Shown here: positions 37,395 to 50,684 of the stretch, one piece after another
Layout of the letters: each line of letters begins with the position of its first letter
How positions within the stretch are numbered: position 1 is the first letter of the stretch
Source of the DNA: Raillietiella orientalis
Taxonomy: Eukaryota
Length of the DNA: 64,000 nt
Assembly: GCA_036172245.1 (NCBI GenBank)
Contig: JAYWIR010000009.1
Span: forward strand, 3,534,001 to 3,598,000
Direction: 5' to 3'
Program-made: the position numbers and the translations under genes
Notes under the pieces: model-generated
Database searches by the model: none
Told to the model about the DNA's origin: nothing
Seen by the model: the letters and a program-made list of their open reading frames with translations, nothing else

Positions 37395-38140
37395 GGGATT
37401 CCGTTAAGTGCTGAAGAACCGTCCACCTCCTTCGGGGGCGCTCGCAAAAGTCTTTGACAGTGTCCACGCCACCCAGGGGTGTGTGATTGCTCTTCAAGTT
37501 AGGAGTGACCTCGGAGAGGTCACCCCATGAATCCAGGAAGGCTCCGGAGAAGGAATAAGTCCGTTCCTCCCTTACTCTTCCGAAGGGACCCCGAAGGTAA
37601 CTCCCAAGGGAACCTCTTCCTCCTCATCATCTTCGAAGGGAGCCCCGTAGCCTTCGTAGGGAGTCCTCTCGTTTCTTATCTCGAGGGAACCCTCAAGAGA
37701 ATCTATCCTTGCTTCCTCCCCCGAAGAGAACCCCGGGACGCTTCTTAATTTCTCTGAGGGATCGCTCCCCGGATGGGGCAGCGCGCTTCTTGACACTCTG
37801 GAGAGGTGTCAACCAGCTTGATGGTACGCGATGGAAGGTCCCCCCTCGGGAGGGAGACGGCTCCATTTGCACAACCGGAGGGGAATCTTCAAGGGCTCCT
37901 TGGTTCTTGGAAGGATCCTGGAGGGTCAACTTCCAATCCCGGTCAGTCATCGAGGGCATCCAGTTGCTTCCACGAGTGTCACCGCACTCGAATAGACCGA
38001 CCAGCGTCATCCTGCGGGACGGGCTTGATACTTACGAAGTACCCCCCCATTTCTCCGGGTCGACCCTCCCTCGAACGGCATTCGAAGCCGCGATGCCCGT
38101 TGCCGCGCGTGCGGTTACCGGAGACGCACGGCCGCCAGCA
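37395..38140 (-). mobile_element. SINE-like family A, full-length diverged copy
   Basis: Head tggcggccgtg...cggcttcgaatgcc on the minus strand. Body and tail align. Confidence 0.85.
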
Positions 38141-39220
38141 TCTCATCTTTTCGAGCCTGGTCCACGACGCGCGTGCCATTCGGTTCGACGGTTGGAGCAG
38201 GTACGGCCTCCTCTCCTTCCCCAACTGAGAAAACCACCCCACTCCTGCGGCTGCTGAGGTGAGCTCGGAGGTTGGCTCGGGTCTCCTGCCTCCGGACCGC
38301 CGGCATCTTTTCGGGAGCGACTGAGAGCGTCCCGCGGCGGCACGGCCGGGAGCTCGGGAGAGACGAACATGAGCGCGCGCGGATTCGGTTTCCAGTAGAA
38401 CGTTCGAGATTTCCGGTGGCACAGATCGCTCCTGCCTCCGCTCCTAGGAGCATCTCTTCTTTCGGTCCGTGCGCCATGATTATTTAATGACCTCGCGAGA
38501 TGCCGTGGCATCCCTGCAGAGCGATAAATCCAAAGTCACATTTTCAGAGCGCGGGTTCAAATCGGAATGCTCCCGCCGCCATAAAGAGAACAAATGTCTT
38601 CCTCCCGCTTCCCCCGCTAAATTTGCTGGCGCCAAAATTTCATGCATTGCTCCTCCGCGCTGGGATCGCTCTGCGGAGCTTCTTGCGTCCTTAGGGTGCT
38701 GAGTCGGATCCCAGTAGCAGGAAAGGGGGAATGTAAATCCCTACTTGTTCGGGAATCGCGGATGCAGAAGCAGGAACACGCCCGCTTGCCTGGAAATGCG
38801 CCTGTGAAGATTCCGGGCATTTCCCGGACCCCGCGTGAAGCGTGTCCCAGAATGTTTTTTTTGAGGGGGGGGAGTTGGAGTTGACCTTTTCGCCGTGGCT
38901 TGCAGACACGAAACGCGCCGCGTGGCGCACTTGAAAGCAAAGGTCGTAAATCGCATCGCGAGTGACTTCCGGTTGTGCAAAGGGGTGTCGGTCGCTGAGC
39001 CAGAGGTCTGCTCTTAAGACAGCGACAAGTTGGAAGGCACGCGCGCACGTGCTCCCTGAAACCATTCCCGCTTCCCGATTCCGGGCGCCTTCCAGTCGGG
39101 GTGAACAGCACCCTCTTGAAATGTGCGCGCGCTCGCAGCAGGAAACGCGAACCCGTGCGATGGGCACCGGGATTTCCGCTGTGCTCGGAGTCTAGGAGAA
39201 TTTTTCCTCACAGAAGTGAA

Positions 39221-39937
39221 CGCCCGCGTCGGTGGCACCGGGCGTCGCGGGTTCGAATCCCTCCCGGGAAAGGATCGACCCGGAGAAGAGAAGGAAGCTT
39301 TGTGGGTTAGGAGTCCCCCCCCTCGGGATGACGCTGGTTGGCCATTGGGCTTCGGGACGCCCATGTTGACTGAGCGGGGTTGGAAAATTGATCCTCTGGG
39401 GTCTTCTCAGGAACCAAGGAGTCCGTTCCCTTCGGAGCTCCTCTCCTGCCGCGAAAATAAAACCCTCGCCCCCTCGGGGGGCGACCCTCCATAGCGTGCC
39501 ATAGAGCTGGCTGATACCCCCCGCAGGGGTTGCCTTTCCAGAGTGCAAGAAGCACGCTGCTTCCTTCGGAGTTTTCTTCAGAGGAGCAAACAAGGAGTAG
39601 CTAGCTCCCTTGCGGGTTCCCTCGGTTGAAGAGATCCCAGGAAAGGACTCCTTTAGCCTCTTCCGGGGGGTTCCTCCAGAGAGAAAAAGGAGGAAGTTTC
39701 CTTGAGGGTTCTCTCCAGAGACCACCAGGTCGAGGGTTCCCTTCGGGGTTCCCCTACCAAGCGTGAGAGGAACGGACCCCTCCTGGACTCATAGGGTGGT
39801 TCCTCCGGGTCGCCCCCCCTAACTTGAGGGGTTACACACCCTTGGGTGGCGTGGACAGTGTCAAAGAGCTTCGTGCCTCCCCTCCCTGAGGAGGCGAATG
39901 GCTCTTCCGCACTTGGCGAACCGAAAGAAAGAAAACC
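39221..39937 (+). mobile_element. SINE-like family A, full-length copy with 10-bp TSD
   Basis: B-box gggttcgaatccc. TSD cagaagtgaa at 39211-39220 and 39938-39947. A-rich tail. Confidence 0.9.
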
Positions 39938-42199
39938 CAGAAGTGAATCGCAACGCTGCACGCGTGGTTTCCCCTGGAACTGTTAAGAAAATAGAGCAAC
40001 TAGAGGAGGCATATTCTATACCACAAAGCCAAAAAAAAAAAGGTCAACATACCAAGGTATAGTTTGAAACCAACTGGGACGGCAAGGACGGTGAGTGACA
40101 GGTTGGCAGCAAGTGCAGGAACGCCACCGTTTCCAATGGATCATGCATGTGGCGCAGACAAGCTACCGTATCCGGTGGCTCATATGGCGCAGGCAAGCTA
40201 CCGCGTATCACTGAGGTAACTGCTGGGTGCCTTGGCCAGTGGGCTCAGAAGGAAAAAGGCCTCTGAGACGGACATCTGGCATCTTGAAGCTCAGGCAAGG
40301 CTGAGCTGCTCGAAAAGGCGAGTTTGTTCGCCATGAGTGCATCCGAAAGGACGGACGCGGCCGACTTGGTGTATCTTGCGCTTGAGGACTGCCCAAACAA
40401 AAATTTCCTTTTGCATCTTCGGCGATCGATAAGACGGTTGATGTCACAAAGGCAGCTTAGCTGGTTTTTCCGAAAGGAATGAAGACGGTAATTGTTTCCG
40501 AGGACGTGTTTTCTTTTGAATTTACTACCACGGGGAAGGATTTATTCGCAGGAGCGGAATCGGCATCACCAAAAACCTACCTCGTCTTATGGAAACGGTG
40601 TGGGTACAGCGAGAGATGGAAGTCCATCAACGTTTGTAAAAATAATGACTTGTCGCGTTACCGGAAGAGAAATTGAAGTTCAGCGGCCCAAACCCAAAAA
40701 GTTCATTCTTGCGCCTCTGTATTATGCATGAAAGGCACTTCCGTGCCCGATGGCTCAACCATTAACGCAGGAATATGTGGGGCAAGGGGAGCATGTGAGT
40801 TCCATTGCAGATTCCGATCTCGGCCGTCGTTAACTTGAGCGGTTTTTATCTGCATCGGAGTCAGAACGCATCTCCTGCATTATCCCCAAGCTAGGTGACC
40901 CGGCAAAGGTAAAATGCCGAATCCTCCCAGGGAAGGGATGCAATTGTTCCTGGATACGAAAGGTCATCCAGCTTCCGGAACCGGAAGCAAAAACCGAAAA
41001 AAGAGGGGGGGGGGGATGGGTTGCGTAATGTGGCTTCTCTTGCACATACCACTGCCCAGGAAACCGAACCGAGTATTAAACTTGGAAACGGTTAATCATC
41101 CCGCTCCATGGAAACCTTGCAGACTTTTGAGCAAAACTTAAATTGGCGGCAAAAGCAGCTTCCGAAAAATGCCTCGACGTAAGTTCCCCAGGTTACAATC
41201 AATAAATCCAGCATCCATTATGAAATATAGGACGGAAAACGTCAGAAGTATCGAGAAGAATTTGTAAAGTTTGGAGTTTTAAATGGAACCGAGGAGGAAC
41301 GGTGATTTCTGTACCGCCAAGAATAGCTCCTTCAGATTTTCGGTGTCGCAGCTAATGGATTTCCGAGCTGACATTTCACTTGGAATTAAATTCAGTGCAC
41401 GTCGGCTGACGGAGTTTCCCATTGGAATGAGTGTTTTCAGAGGGAAATGCGCTTTCGCACGAGCGTGTCCTCGAAACACGTGTGTTCTGCTTGGAACTCG
41501 TTCGAATGCCCGCGAGCAGCCTTGCTGGAGTGCACATACACGTGTACATGTGTGTGACCGCGGAGGAGTGGGCAAACAGGAGGAGGCGAGCACATCGAAG
41601 AGGGGGGGGGGGGAAGAAAAAAAAAAAACCCTTCTCCGCACTTCTGGTTCCCGGTTCCGTTCCCGCAGGAGCAAACTTCGCGCGAGGCGGACGCGGAAGT
41701 CCCTCCTCGCCCAGTCGCATCCCGAACCGCTCGCAGTGGCCAACGGGAAGGTGAACTTTTTTTTTTTTTTTTTTTTGCATACCCCCTCACATGAAGGGTG
41801 CGCTCCCCCGGGGAGGAAATAAATTGAGGACGCCGAAACAGAATAAAATTCACTTCCTCCGGAGCTCTAATCTTTCCGCTTCCTTTGCACCATCGTTTTG
41901 TTTCCTGTTTCCATGGATGCAATTGGTCCCGTCAAAAGAAACGCATTCGTCTGTTTCTTTTCTTCATTTTCCTTTGTGTTCATCCCAGGCACTCGCAACC
42001 CGAGCAAGGGCCCAACTAACCCAATAGTTGGTCCGGGGAAATTAAGGGGATTTTCACATAGCAGAACAGGAGAAAAGGAAGGAAAGGAAAGATCACGAAG
42101 TGGGGAAAACGGGCCGTTCCGAGATGGAACCGTGCAACGCCGCTGTTCTTCGCTGTGTCTTCGATTACGACCCGCCTCTCACATCTGCAACAGGCACGC

Positions 42200-44232
42200 G
42201 CCCTGCTGCAACGGAAGTGTTGCTCACGAAGATGCGAAACCGTACGTCCACTCCAGCCTCACATCCCGCCTTCCTGGAGGATTATACAGGATCGACTGGT
42301 TTCGTTCCATGGAAAGAGGTGCCGCGCATACCGGTCAGGTCAGCCGTCGCCTCCTTTTATTGTTTTGCGTCCCGTGGCTGCTCGAGTCGCCCAGGAGTCA
42401 AGGAGCACTCCTTTCCGCGACCTCCTTTGCCTGGGGCTGCCACATGGGGAAGTCGCTCCGAAACAGTCCGCATCCCCTGCGTTCTCTTCACCACCCTCCA
42501 CTGGGGAATTTCCTGCATAGCGTGGTCCCGCCTGTACGCCACACCCCTTGCTGAAGCCCTGTCTTTTCCAAGGGCAAATAACGACAGTTGCCAACTGGTG
42601 TGGTGGGAGTTCTTCTGCACCACTGCAGGTGGCACCAAACTCATGGGCTGCTGGAAGGCAAGTGAGCCGGTGGACACTCGCGTTATCGGGCGAAGGGGCT
42701 GTTGGGTGTGCCCCTCCTCCCCTTTCCCAAAGAGCTCGTAGTCTCTCCTTCGTGCGTGAATACTTCTGTGTTCCCCTTGAGGTGGAAATAAGATGCACTG
42801 CTGTTTCTGGGGTAAAGTGCAGCCAGCGTGGGAACCTCATCGCCTGGAGAGTTGCGTCCCCCAACCGCTCCAAGTGGGGGACGATGGAATCGTTGCCGCA
42901 TCTTTTCATGGACTGCGGTGTACTCCTGTAGCGGAGGCCGTCTTCAGCGCTGCTGCACCCTGAGGATTCCCGCCAAGGACTTAATGAAGAGATTCTGCGC
43001 TAGCGGCAGGCGCAGCGATTGCTCACGTTGAGTTCCATCCACTCTACCGTTGCCGCCCCCCATGTGCTGGAGTCTCGGACGACACGAAGGAAGGTCATGG
43101 CAGCTACCTTCATGAGGACGACTGTGGCCCGCATCGCAGGCCGTGTGGTTACAGTGGTCTCCGCGCGTGGCACCGTGCATCGTGGGTTCGAATACTCCAA
43201 AAGTCGACGTAGTGCGCCGTGGGTCCCGAGTTCACCCCACAAGATGACGTTGGTTGGCCTACATTCATCTGGGTGCGACACTGGTAGCGGTTGAAACCGG
43301 ATGCCCCCGATGAGGGCCGGGACAAATGGGAGTCGATCTCCGGATCCTTCCAGGAATCAAGGAGTGGGGAGTTCCCCCTCCGGTTGTGAAGGAGCGGACC
43401 CCTATTCCGGGGGGACCCTGAGCGTCGTACTGATGGAGTAGGTCTGTCGCCACCACCTCTCCAGAGACTGCAGAGAAGCGAGCCGATCCCTTCGGGGAAG
43501 CTGCGTCCTTCTGAATTTCGGAAGCGTCCCTTCTGGGTTGTCTTCAGATGAGTAAAAGCAGGAGCGGATCCCTTTCGGGGGATCCATCCGGAGAAGAAAT
43601 TCCAGGATCAGATCCTTTACGGGTTTCCTTCAGAGAAGAAAGAATGGAGCTGAACCCCCGGGCGTGCTCCGGAAAGAATAAGGAAGGAGATTCCCTTCTG
43701 GATTCCCCTTCGGAGACAACCAGGGTGGAGTGGAGGTGAACTCCACTTCCGGGGATTCGTCCCCAGGCGTGAGAGGGACGGACTCCGAGTCCTTCCTGGA
43801 TTCATAGGGTGGACTCCTCCCACGATATCCCCTGTCTTGAAGAATTACCCACCCCGGTGGCGTGGAACCGTGTCGAAGAACTGCGAAGACAGAAAAGAAA
43901 GGATTTCTATCATATATTTAGACGCGGACCTCACTTGCAAGAAGTCCAATCGGAGTTCGCCTACGTACACTCCCGGTTCTAGGAAGATGGAACAACCGAC
44001 GCCAAGGACCGCTATTTCCACTCTCCCTTTATTTACTTGTTTATTTATTTTTCCTTTCCCTCCCGCTCTAGACTGCCCTGGCAAGCGACCTGCGTGTTGT
44101 CGAACCCTCTTCTTGAATTCCCTATTCCTTTTTGGGGGAGGAAGGGGGGAGGCTGGGTTGTTTCGGGAACTGCGTTCCCAACTTGTTTGCTCATATTTAT
44201 TAAGCAAACATCCCGGCGTGACTGGGTGGAAA
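42200..44232 (+). mobile_element. L1/Tx1-like LINE 3' relic, subfamily C, interrupted by SINE A
   Basis: GVKCSQRG...MESLPHLFMDC, then FMRTT, resuming after the SINE with GPHLQEVQSEFAYVHSRF*. Terminal catcccggcgtgactgggtggaaaa. 5' limit approximate. Confidence 0.7.
43126..43905 (+). mobile_element. SINE-like family A copy, alternative-tail subfamily
   Basis: B-box gggttcgaatac. Tail ggtggcgtggaaccgtgtcgaagaactgcgaagacagaaaag is shared with 57462-57505. Confidence 0.85.
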
Positions 44233-44420
44233 ACTTCTTGCTGGATTCGGCTCTTTAGCAGTCATCTTCAAAAGGTCTCTTCGTCTGCCCGCACGAGCAA
44301 GCGTTTACCCTCCTCGTGTTTGCAAATGGGCCTGGGAGTCTTGAGAAAATCTGGGGGTTCGACACGGGGTATCCGACACGTCCTCACTTCGCGGGCACGG
44401 GAGCGTGCGAGCGTGAAAGG

Positions 44421-45960
44421 TTTCTCCCGTTGACGCCGGGACGTTTATTTAAAAAACAAACCACAAGTCAGAGGGAAGCGGCATCAGAGGGGGCCCCTGA
44501 ATACCAAAGATGCCAAAAAAAAAGTTCATTGACGATGACTGCCGGCACGCAGACCAGCTTCTATCCAAGGAAAGGAAGGAGGGGACAATAAAGTAAAAAA
44601 AAAGGCAGGAGGGTAGGGACAGGGATCTTTGGCCTCCTTCATTCCTCTCTTCCTAGAAGCGGCTGGGCACGGTGGCGACCTCTACGATGATTTCTTCTGG
44701 CAGGTGAGGACACCTTGCAGCCATCCTCGTATGGGCGGCTGCCATGCTGGTGGCCTCCCTTTGCTGCGAGAGAGACTCTATCCCGTTGTGGACCGTCACC
44801 ACGGCTCCGATGCAACAGATCGTTGCGTTCACGACGCCCATCTTCAGTCCGCCTTGTGTGAAGAAGCGCCGCGGCAATTCTGAAGAGGTGGAGGACCGCC
44901 GAAGCGAGTCTCCGCCGCATGTCCTCCAGAGCACCTAGGAATTAACATTTTGGTCCACCGAAGGAGTCCCTTCGCCTGGGTGCGCCGAGTGACAGCATCC
45001 ACCAGCTCAAGCGTCCTCCTGAATGCGGGATCGTGCTCCAGAGCACGATCCCGTCGCACCGCACCTGGAACAGTTGGGTTAGATGGCGCCGCCGAAAACG
45101 AGGTGCCTGCGCTGGTTGCACCGGAATCCCACCGCAGTGCAGAAGCAGAAGGACATCCTGTGGTTTCCAACTGAGAGGAAACACGGACGTGTCCGCACAC
45201 AGGGAAGGGACCCACGGGCTCTTCGGGGAGAAAATCGAGGAGGAGGTCTCTCCACCGAAGGAGTCCAGCTGCGCTCGTCCTGCAGTCGTCGAGGAGTTTC
45301 TCGACTCCGCCAAGGTTGCAGGACAATTCCCATTCCGCCGGTTGTCTGCTGTCGTCGTTTGCCCTGAAGACAGACAGTGCTGCGGCAAGGGGTGTGACAA
45401 CTATCTGGGACCACTGCGGCCACTCGTGCAGGTTATGTCTTACAGTTTCCTCAGCAGACGCAGTTTCTCTGGGAGCACTTGCAGATTGGCAACCCAGGAC
45501 TCCAGCGCCTTCTGCCGCCGAGCGGGGGCCATCTCTTGTTTTAGGGATGGGGGGGGGGCCAGGAGATCCAAGGGTGAGATGCCAGTGGTGAGGACAGATG
45601 CCTCAGGAGATCCCCGAATCCACTCATCCTATAACGGCTGCACGGCAGCAGCGAAAGAAGTCCTGAGCCGACGGTGCATCGCCGTAGGATGTGGCGTGCC
45701 GGAGCACACCAGTGACAAGTCCACGATTTGCCTCAAAGGGTCAAAAGTCGGAGCTTCACCTGCAGTCCGATCTTCTGGATGGTGAGGATGCCCAAGCCGT
45801 CATTCTGGCGCGGCGCCACCAAGTCATCCAGTCGGATTCAGGAAAGGACTGGCAAGCGCGAAAGGAGGCTGTGCCGCCGTTCGCTTCCGTTGGCTGGAAG
45901 GCCGAGAAGTGTCGACGGCTTCAGCGAAAGCACCGCGCAAGGCTTTTCAGACGCAGCAAT
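44421..45960 (-). mobile_element. LINE subfamily D copy
   Basis: DDLVAPRQNDGLGILTIQ (GGLG-type motif, ~45775-45830), zinc-finger region, RCPHLPEEIIVEVATVPSRF*, terminal aataaacgtcccggcgtcaacggga. Confidence 0.8.
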
Positions 45961-46859
45961 CTTCACAGGAACAAGATCTTCAGCAGGTGGACTTCTGAGA
46001 CGAATTGAGCGACAGCATCTCGCCGAAGGGTCTCTGCGACATCAGTTGACGACCGCATTGTTTTCGTGGTCGAGTGCGACCCGAAAGACGAACTTCACGC
46101 CTGTGGTAGGGCGCCAGTGCAAGTGTTTTTGAAAATGAACACGTGATCTAAGTAGGTTGAACTCTATTTTGTTCAAATTTCCTCACATAGAAGCACAGGA
46201 GAGATACGTTTTCCAAAGACGAGAACAATAAAGCTGAAACTATGGAATTGTTTAAATAGATTAGGGGTCAGCAAAACCCTACTCAAATCCTAATTTAAAT
46301 GGATTAAAGATCAGCAAAAAAATTGGCAAACACTTTTCATCTTTTTGTTTAAGGGTAAAATGACTGATATCGTATTGTTCTGACGCCTTCACATAAATTT
46401 TACATCTTTCATAAAATCTATCACATGAAATCAATCACAATCTGTCCGTGTGTAACCCATAAGGCTCGTATAGCGCGGAATTGTATCACCCGGAATGTAG
46501 CCCCCGCGTTATACGAGAACCAGCTGGATTTGAGGGTAGCCTTTACGCTTCGCTTGCAAAGGAGCATCTTCCTTCTTTTTTTTTTTGTTTTTTTTTTTCA
46601 GGAGCAATTGAAATGGGACATGTGGGGTGGCGGGATCCGAGAAAGGACAAAGTGATGTGAGAATTGAACATTCCTAGAGGCAGGCGGAGCACATCGGAAA
46701 AGAAATGGCGTCCTGGAACGCGCAGGACCGTCCCTAATGCATGATGAGCCTTCGAAAAGAGCAGTAGAAGGATTTGAAAAGGGGCGGTACTTAGAGAACA
46801 GCACGAGATCTCTCCATTCGCCTGTGCGAAATTACTTCGGAAAACGGGATGGTGACGCA

Positions 46860-48253
46860 TGCCGGTTGCCCCTTCGCTCGTGTCCTGCAAGTGGTGGAGC
46901 AGGCGTGGGAGGATTAAAAATCCTATCTCCTGCGAGAACGAAGGCTTCTGGCAGCTCTGTCTGAGGCACGTCAAACGGAGAGGAGGGGAGGAACCTCGAA
47001 GGTTCCCTCTCCACTCTACGCGCCTCACTATTCGCTTCGTCAAATGGCGCCTCGCAGAGAAAACGGGAGTCAGCGTTTCGCGCCAGTGTCGCCATTGTGG
47101 CGCTGACTTCCCCAGAAAAAGTGTGGGAGTGACGCGTCTCCTTCTGTCCCCTTACGAAGACAGTGTGGGCAGTGTCGGTGAAGTGATCTTGGAAAAGGAG
47201 TCTCAGCAACTCAATTCGAAGCCGCTGCGAAAGGTCAGCAACCCTTGCTCCATGAACTCACGGAGCATCTAGCAGGTGCCCTTGACGAGCGAAGTCCTGA
47301 CGTTGGCGGTGCCACTCAACCTATTCTTACGATGTCGCCACTTGATCCTGGGCTGCACGCCTGGGGAATGCGCCCCGAGGAACTTCGTCCCCAGCGCCCA
47401 CCTCTTCAGACATCCTTCGGCAGCGGTGACGCAGTACTCGACGAAATGGTCCACCCTGGGCGCCGCACCTCTTGCCGCAGCGCTTCCTGCCCTGGGGGCA
47501 AGTGACGACAGATTCCCTCCAGCGGGGAGTTCTCCTGCGCCACTCCAGGAAAGGCGAAACTCCTTGTAGGCCGGAGGACGCTTGAGCTGGGTGGATGCTG
47601 TCACTCGGCGCACCCAGGAGAAGGGACTCCTTCGGTGGACCACAATGTTAAAGGTCCTTAGGAAGAACTTCCGGTCCCTTCCTTGTATCTGAAACTTCCT
47701 GTGTTCCCTGTGACCTGGAGGCAGGCTGTGCTGCTCTTTCTTTATTGGGGATTGCAGTGCAATCGGCGGCTGCACCCTTGTATCTCATACTGGCGGAGGC
47801 TGGCACTTCTGCACCAGGGGGACACGGCCTGTGACCTGCTGTGGCGATTCTTCGCTCCCGACGGACTCCTGACCGGCGCAGTGATCGCAATGTCCGCGCC
47901 GTCGTCACGGTCTGCATGTGCTTGAGACGCAGACGCAGGGAAGGGAGGTCACCGTGATTGCAGCGGGATACATGAAGACGGCTGCAAGATGGCCTCACTT
48001 GGAAGAGAAAGTCAAGGCGAAGATTGCCGGCATCGAGCGCCGGTTCTAGAAAGAAAGAGCGACCGACGCCAAAGACTGCATTCCCTCTTGTTTATTTGCA
48101 TGTCCTCTCCCACTCGTCCACCATTTTAGATGTGCCGATGCTGCGTGGGTTCGATGCTCCCTGAACTTCTTTAGTCTTCGGCCAGTAACCAAATTCCCAA
48201 CTGATTTGTTTTCCTTTTAGGAAATGAACGCCCCGGCATGACCGGGTGAAAAA
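46860..48253 (+). mobile_element. LINE subfamily C copy
   Basis: FPVTWRQAVLLFLYWGLQCNRRLH and RWPHLEEKVKAKIAGIERRF*. Terminal aatgaacgccccggcatgaccgggtgaaaaa. 5' limit approximate. Confidence 0.75.
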
Positions 48254-48899
48254 CCGCCACTGCTCGACTGTGAAAGGCTGCGGCCATGACGGCTACGGTC
48301 TTGCGCGACGATAATGGAGAATTAGAGAATCTGATGGAGGATATCTACAAACGATGCAGCGGATGAGAAGCGACCCTGCGTCATAGAATGAGAATCCAAT
48401 AAGACAAGGGCGATGGTTGCTCAAGTTCGCACCTGAGCTGGTGTGCATGTGCCAGAAACATCACCGTTCACACAACCCACCCTTCCCATCCTACAAAACC
48501 TCGGTCATCCCCCCAGTTTCGCTTCCGGTTTTGCCTTCTATCTTTGCCTTCAGCGTTCTCTTTACGGAGTTCTCACCGTTGCTCTCTGGCAAGGAGGATG
48601 CCTTAAGGAATCCTCTAATCTTTCTTGACGCAAACTTGCCAAGAAAAAGGACCCTGCAGCGGACGACGGGAGCTTTGCAGAACTTTTAGAAGAGACTGCT
48701 TTGCGTTCGTCTGACTTCTATCCTTCTCCATGGTAGTTCTGTGTTTCTCCCAATTCTTCTAAGACTCCGATCACGGTAGTCTTCGACCATGAGCGATAGA
48801 CGTCCGTTGAGCATCATAGCGCAAGTCCCCATTGAGGGCACTTCCCGGAAACTTGTGCAAGATCACACAGCCAAGCATCCATTTTCCACTGCTTCATCG

Positions 48900-49130
48900 G
48901 ATTGTGTTCACTATCTGTGATCTTCACTATCGTGTGCGAATGGTGAAGGACCACTCCAGAGATCTCGCTTCCTTCCGGGACTCTGGGAAAATCACGTTCC
49001 ACGCTGTCCTGTGCATTCCAAAGGAAGTGTTCCACGGTCATCAGGGGCACTCCTGCGTGTCTTTACTGGTTCTTGGTCTTTCGTAATCACTACAAGGGGA
49101 AAATTCACGCGGGAAACTGCTCTCAGATTT
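48900..49130 (-). pseudogene. Possible C-terminal zinc knuckle of a different LINE clade
   Basis: PLMTVEHF(L)LEC across a frameshift resembles C..C...ETVEHFLLEC. Confidence 0.3.
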
Positions 49131-49189
49131 CCTCCACGCCTCCGCTAATGCCCTTCCTGGTCACATTCAACCTTGAAGGCAGTTTTTAT

Positions 49190-49968
49190 GCCCGCGTTGG
49201 CGGCCGTTGTGGCTGCGGTCTCCTCCGCGCATGGTACCAAGGGGTTCAAATCCCGCCCGTGGAACGGTCGACTCCGAGAATGGGGGTTGCGTCGTGGGTT
49301 TCGAGACTTCCCCGCAGGATGACGCTGGTTGGCCTCTTCGGATGCCGCACGGTAAAAGTCGGAAACCACCGGATGCCACCGTTGACTAGCCGGGATTCGA
49401 AACTTGATCCTCCGGAGTCCCTCCAGGAACCAAATAGTCGCTTCTCTTCGAGGTTTCTCTCCTGCCGCGAAAACGGAGCCCTCACCTCCTCGGAGGGCGA
49501 CCCTCCATCACGTGCCATGACGCTTGATACCCCCCGCAGGGGTTGCCTCTCCAGAGTGCAAGAAGCACGTTGCTCCCTTCGGGGTTCTCTTCAGAGCATG
49601 AAACAAGGAACGGATCCTTTCCGGGTTCCTTCAGGAGAAGAAATTCCAGAAGCGGACACTTTCCGCTTTCCCTTTGGAGTGACCTCCCCTCCAGAGGACC
49701 CCTCCAGATGGAATAAGGAAGGGTTCCCTTCGGAGACAACCAGGGTGGAGAATCCCCTCCCAAGAGTAAGAGGGAGAACGCATGCCTTTCTCCGGAGTCT
49801 TCCTGGATCCACGGGGTGGTGCCCTTCTGGGGCACCCCTTGTAACTTGAAGAGCAGCACGAAGCCCAGGGTGGCATGGACGATGTCAAAGAGCCTCGTGA
49901 GACCCGTTTTGGGGAGGCAGTCGGTTCTTCAGAGCTCCTCCAAAACCAAAAAAAGAAAGAAAAAAAAA
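49190..49968 (+). mobile_element. SINE-like family A, full-length copy
   Basis: Head gcccgcgttggcggccgttgtgg...ggttcaaatccc, A-rich tail, degenerate TSD gcagtttttatg / gcaatttctatg. Confidence 0.88.
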
Positions 49969-50684
49969 GCAATTTCTATGGATTCCTCGTTGGCATCAGT
50001 CCCAGATCTCCACCGGAAACCAGTGGACGGGAGGGTCGCCCTCGTGGAGGGGACTGCGTTCCTCGTTCTCCCTGCTCCGGCCTCGAGCGGGATTCAGGAA
50101 GGCGCAGCGAAACCGCCACGAGGATTACAGCCGGGGATTAGCTTTTTGGAACCGGAAGCTCACGTGCCCGGCTTTGCAGCCAGCTTGGATTTCCTTTGGC
50201 GTGCTCTTCTGCTGCAATGCTGACGTCAGCGTTGTCGATCCTTGGGGTTCAGTTGAGTAGGTCGACTTCGTCCTTGGTGCAAAGTCAAACGGAGTATTTC
50301 CTGCGATGTTCACCCACAAAAAAGCCGTAGCCGAAGCAGCGATGACGTGGCAGAGTCGTGGTGCACCCTGAGCGACCGAGCGCGCCGTGGTGGCAGCAGA
50401 AATCGGTCTTAATCATGTCTTAGCGCCTGGCCGATTCACGCTCATCTCGGTTGCCCAGATGGGTTGCTGCAAAAAATTTTCCACTTGGTGCGGAGGCAGT
50501 GGGTGTGATTCCTCCATTACCTCCGTGCATGAACCCCTCTCCGTATGTTCAGCAAATGTGGTCCGCTCGGTCCGCTGCCTGCCGCTGCGTCCGGAACACC
50601 GCACTAGCACGGAGGGCCCGAAACGGATTTCGTGCTCTGGTCCATCACTTCCGTTGCGAAACCGCGCATCCCAACAAAGCACCT

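Noticed and set aside
40146..40205. Two ~24-bp direct repeats as a CRISPR-like array
   Set aside because: Only two units with a ~11-bp gap in eukaryotic context and no cas genes. It is a simple tandem duplication.
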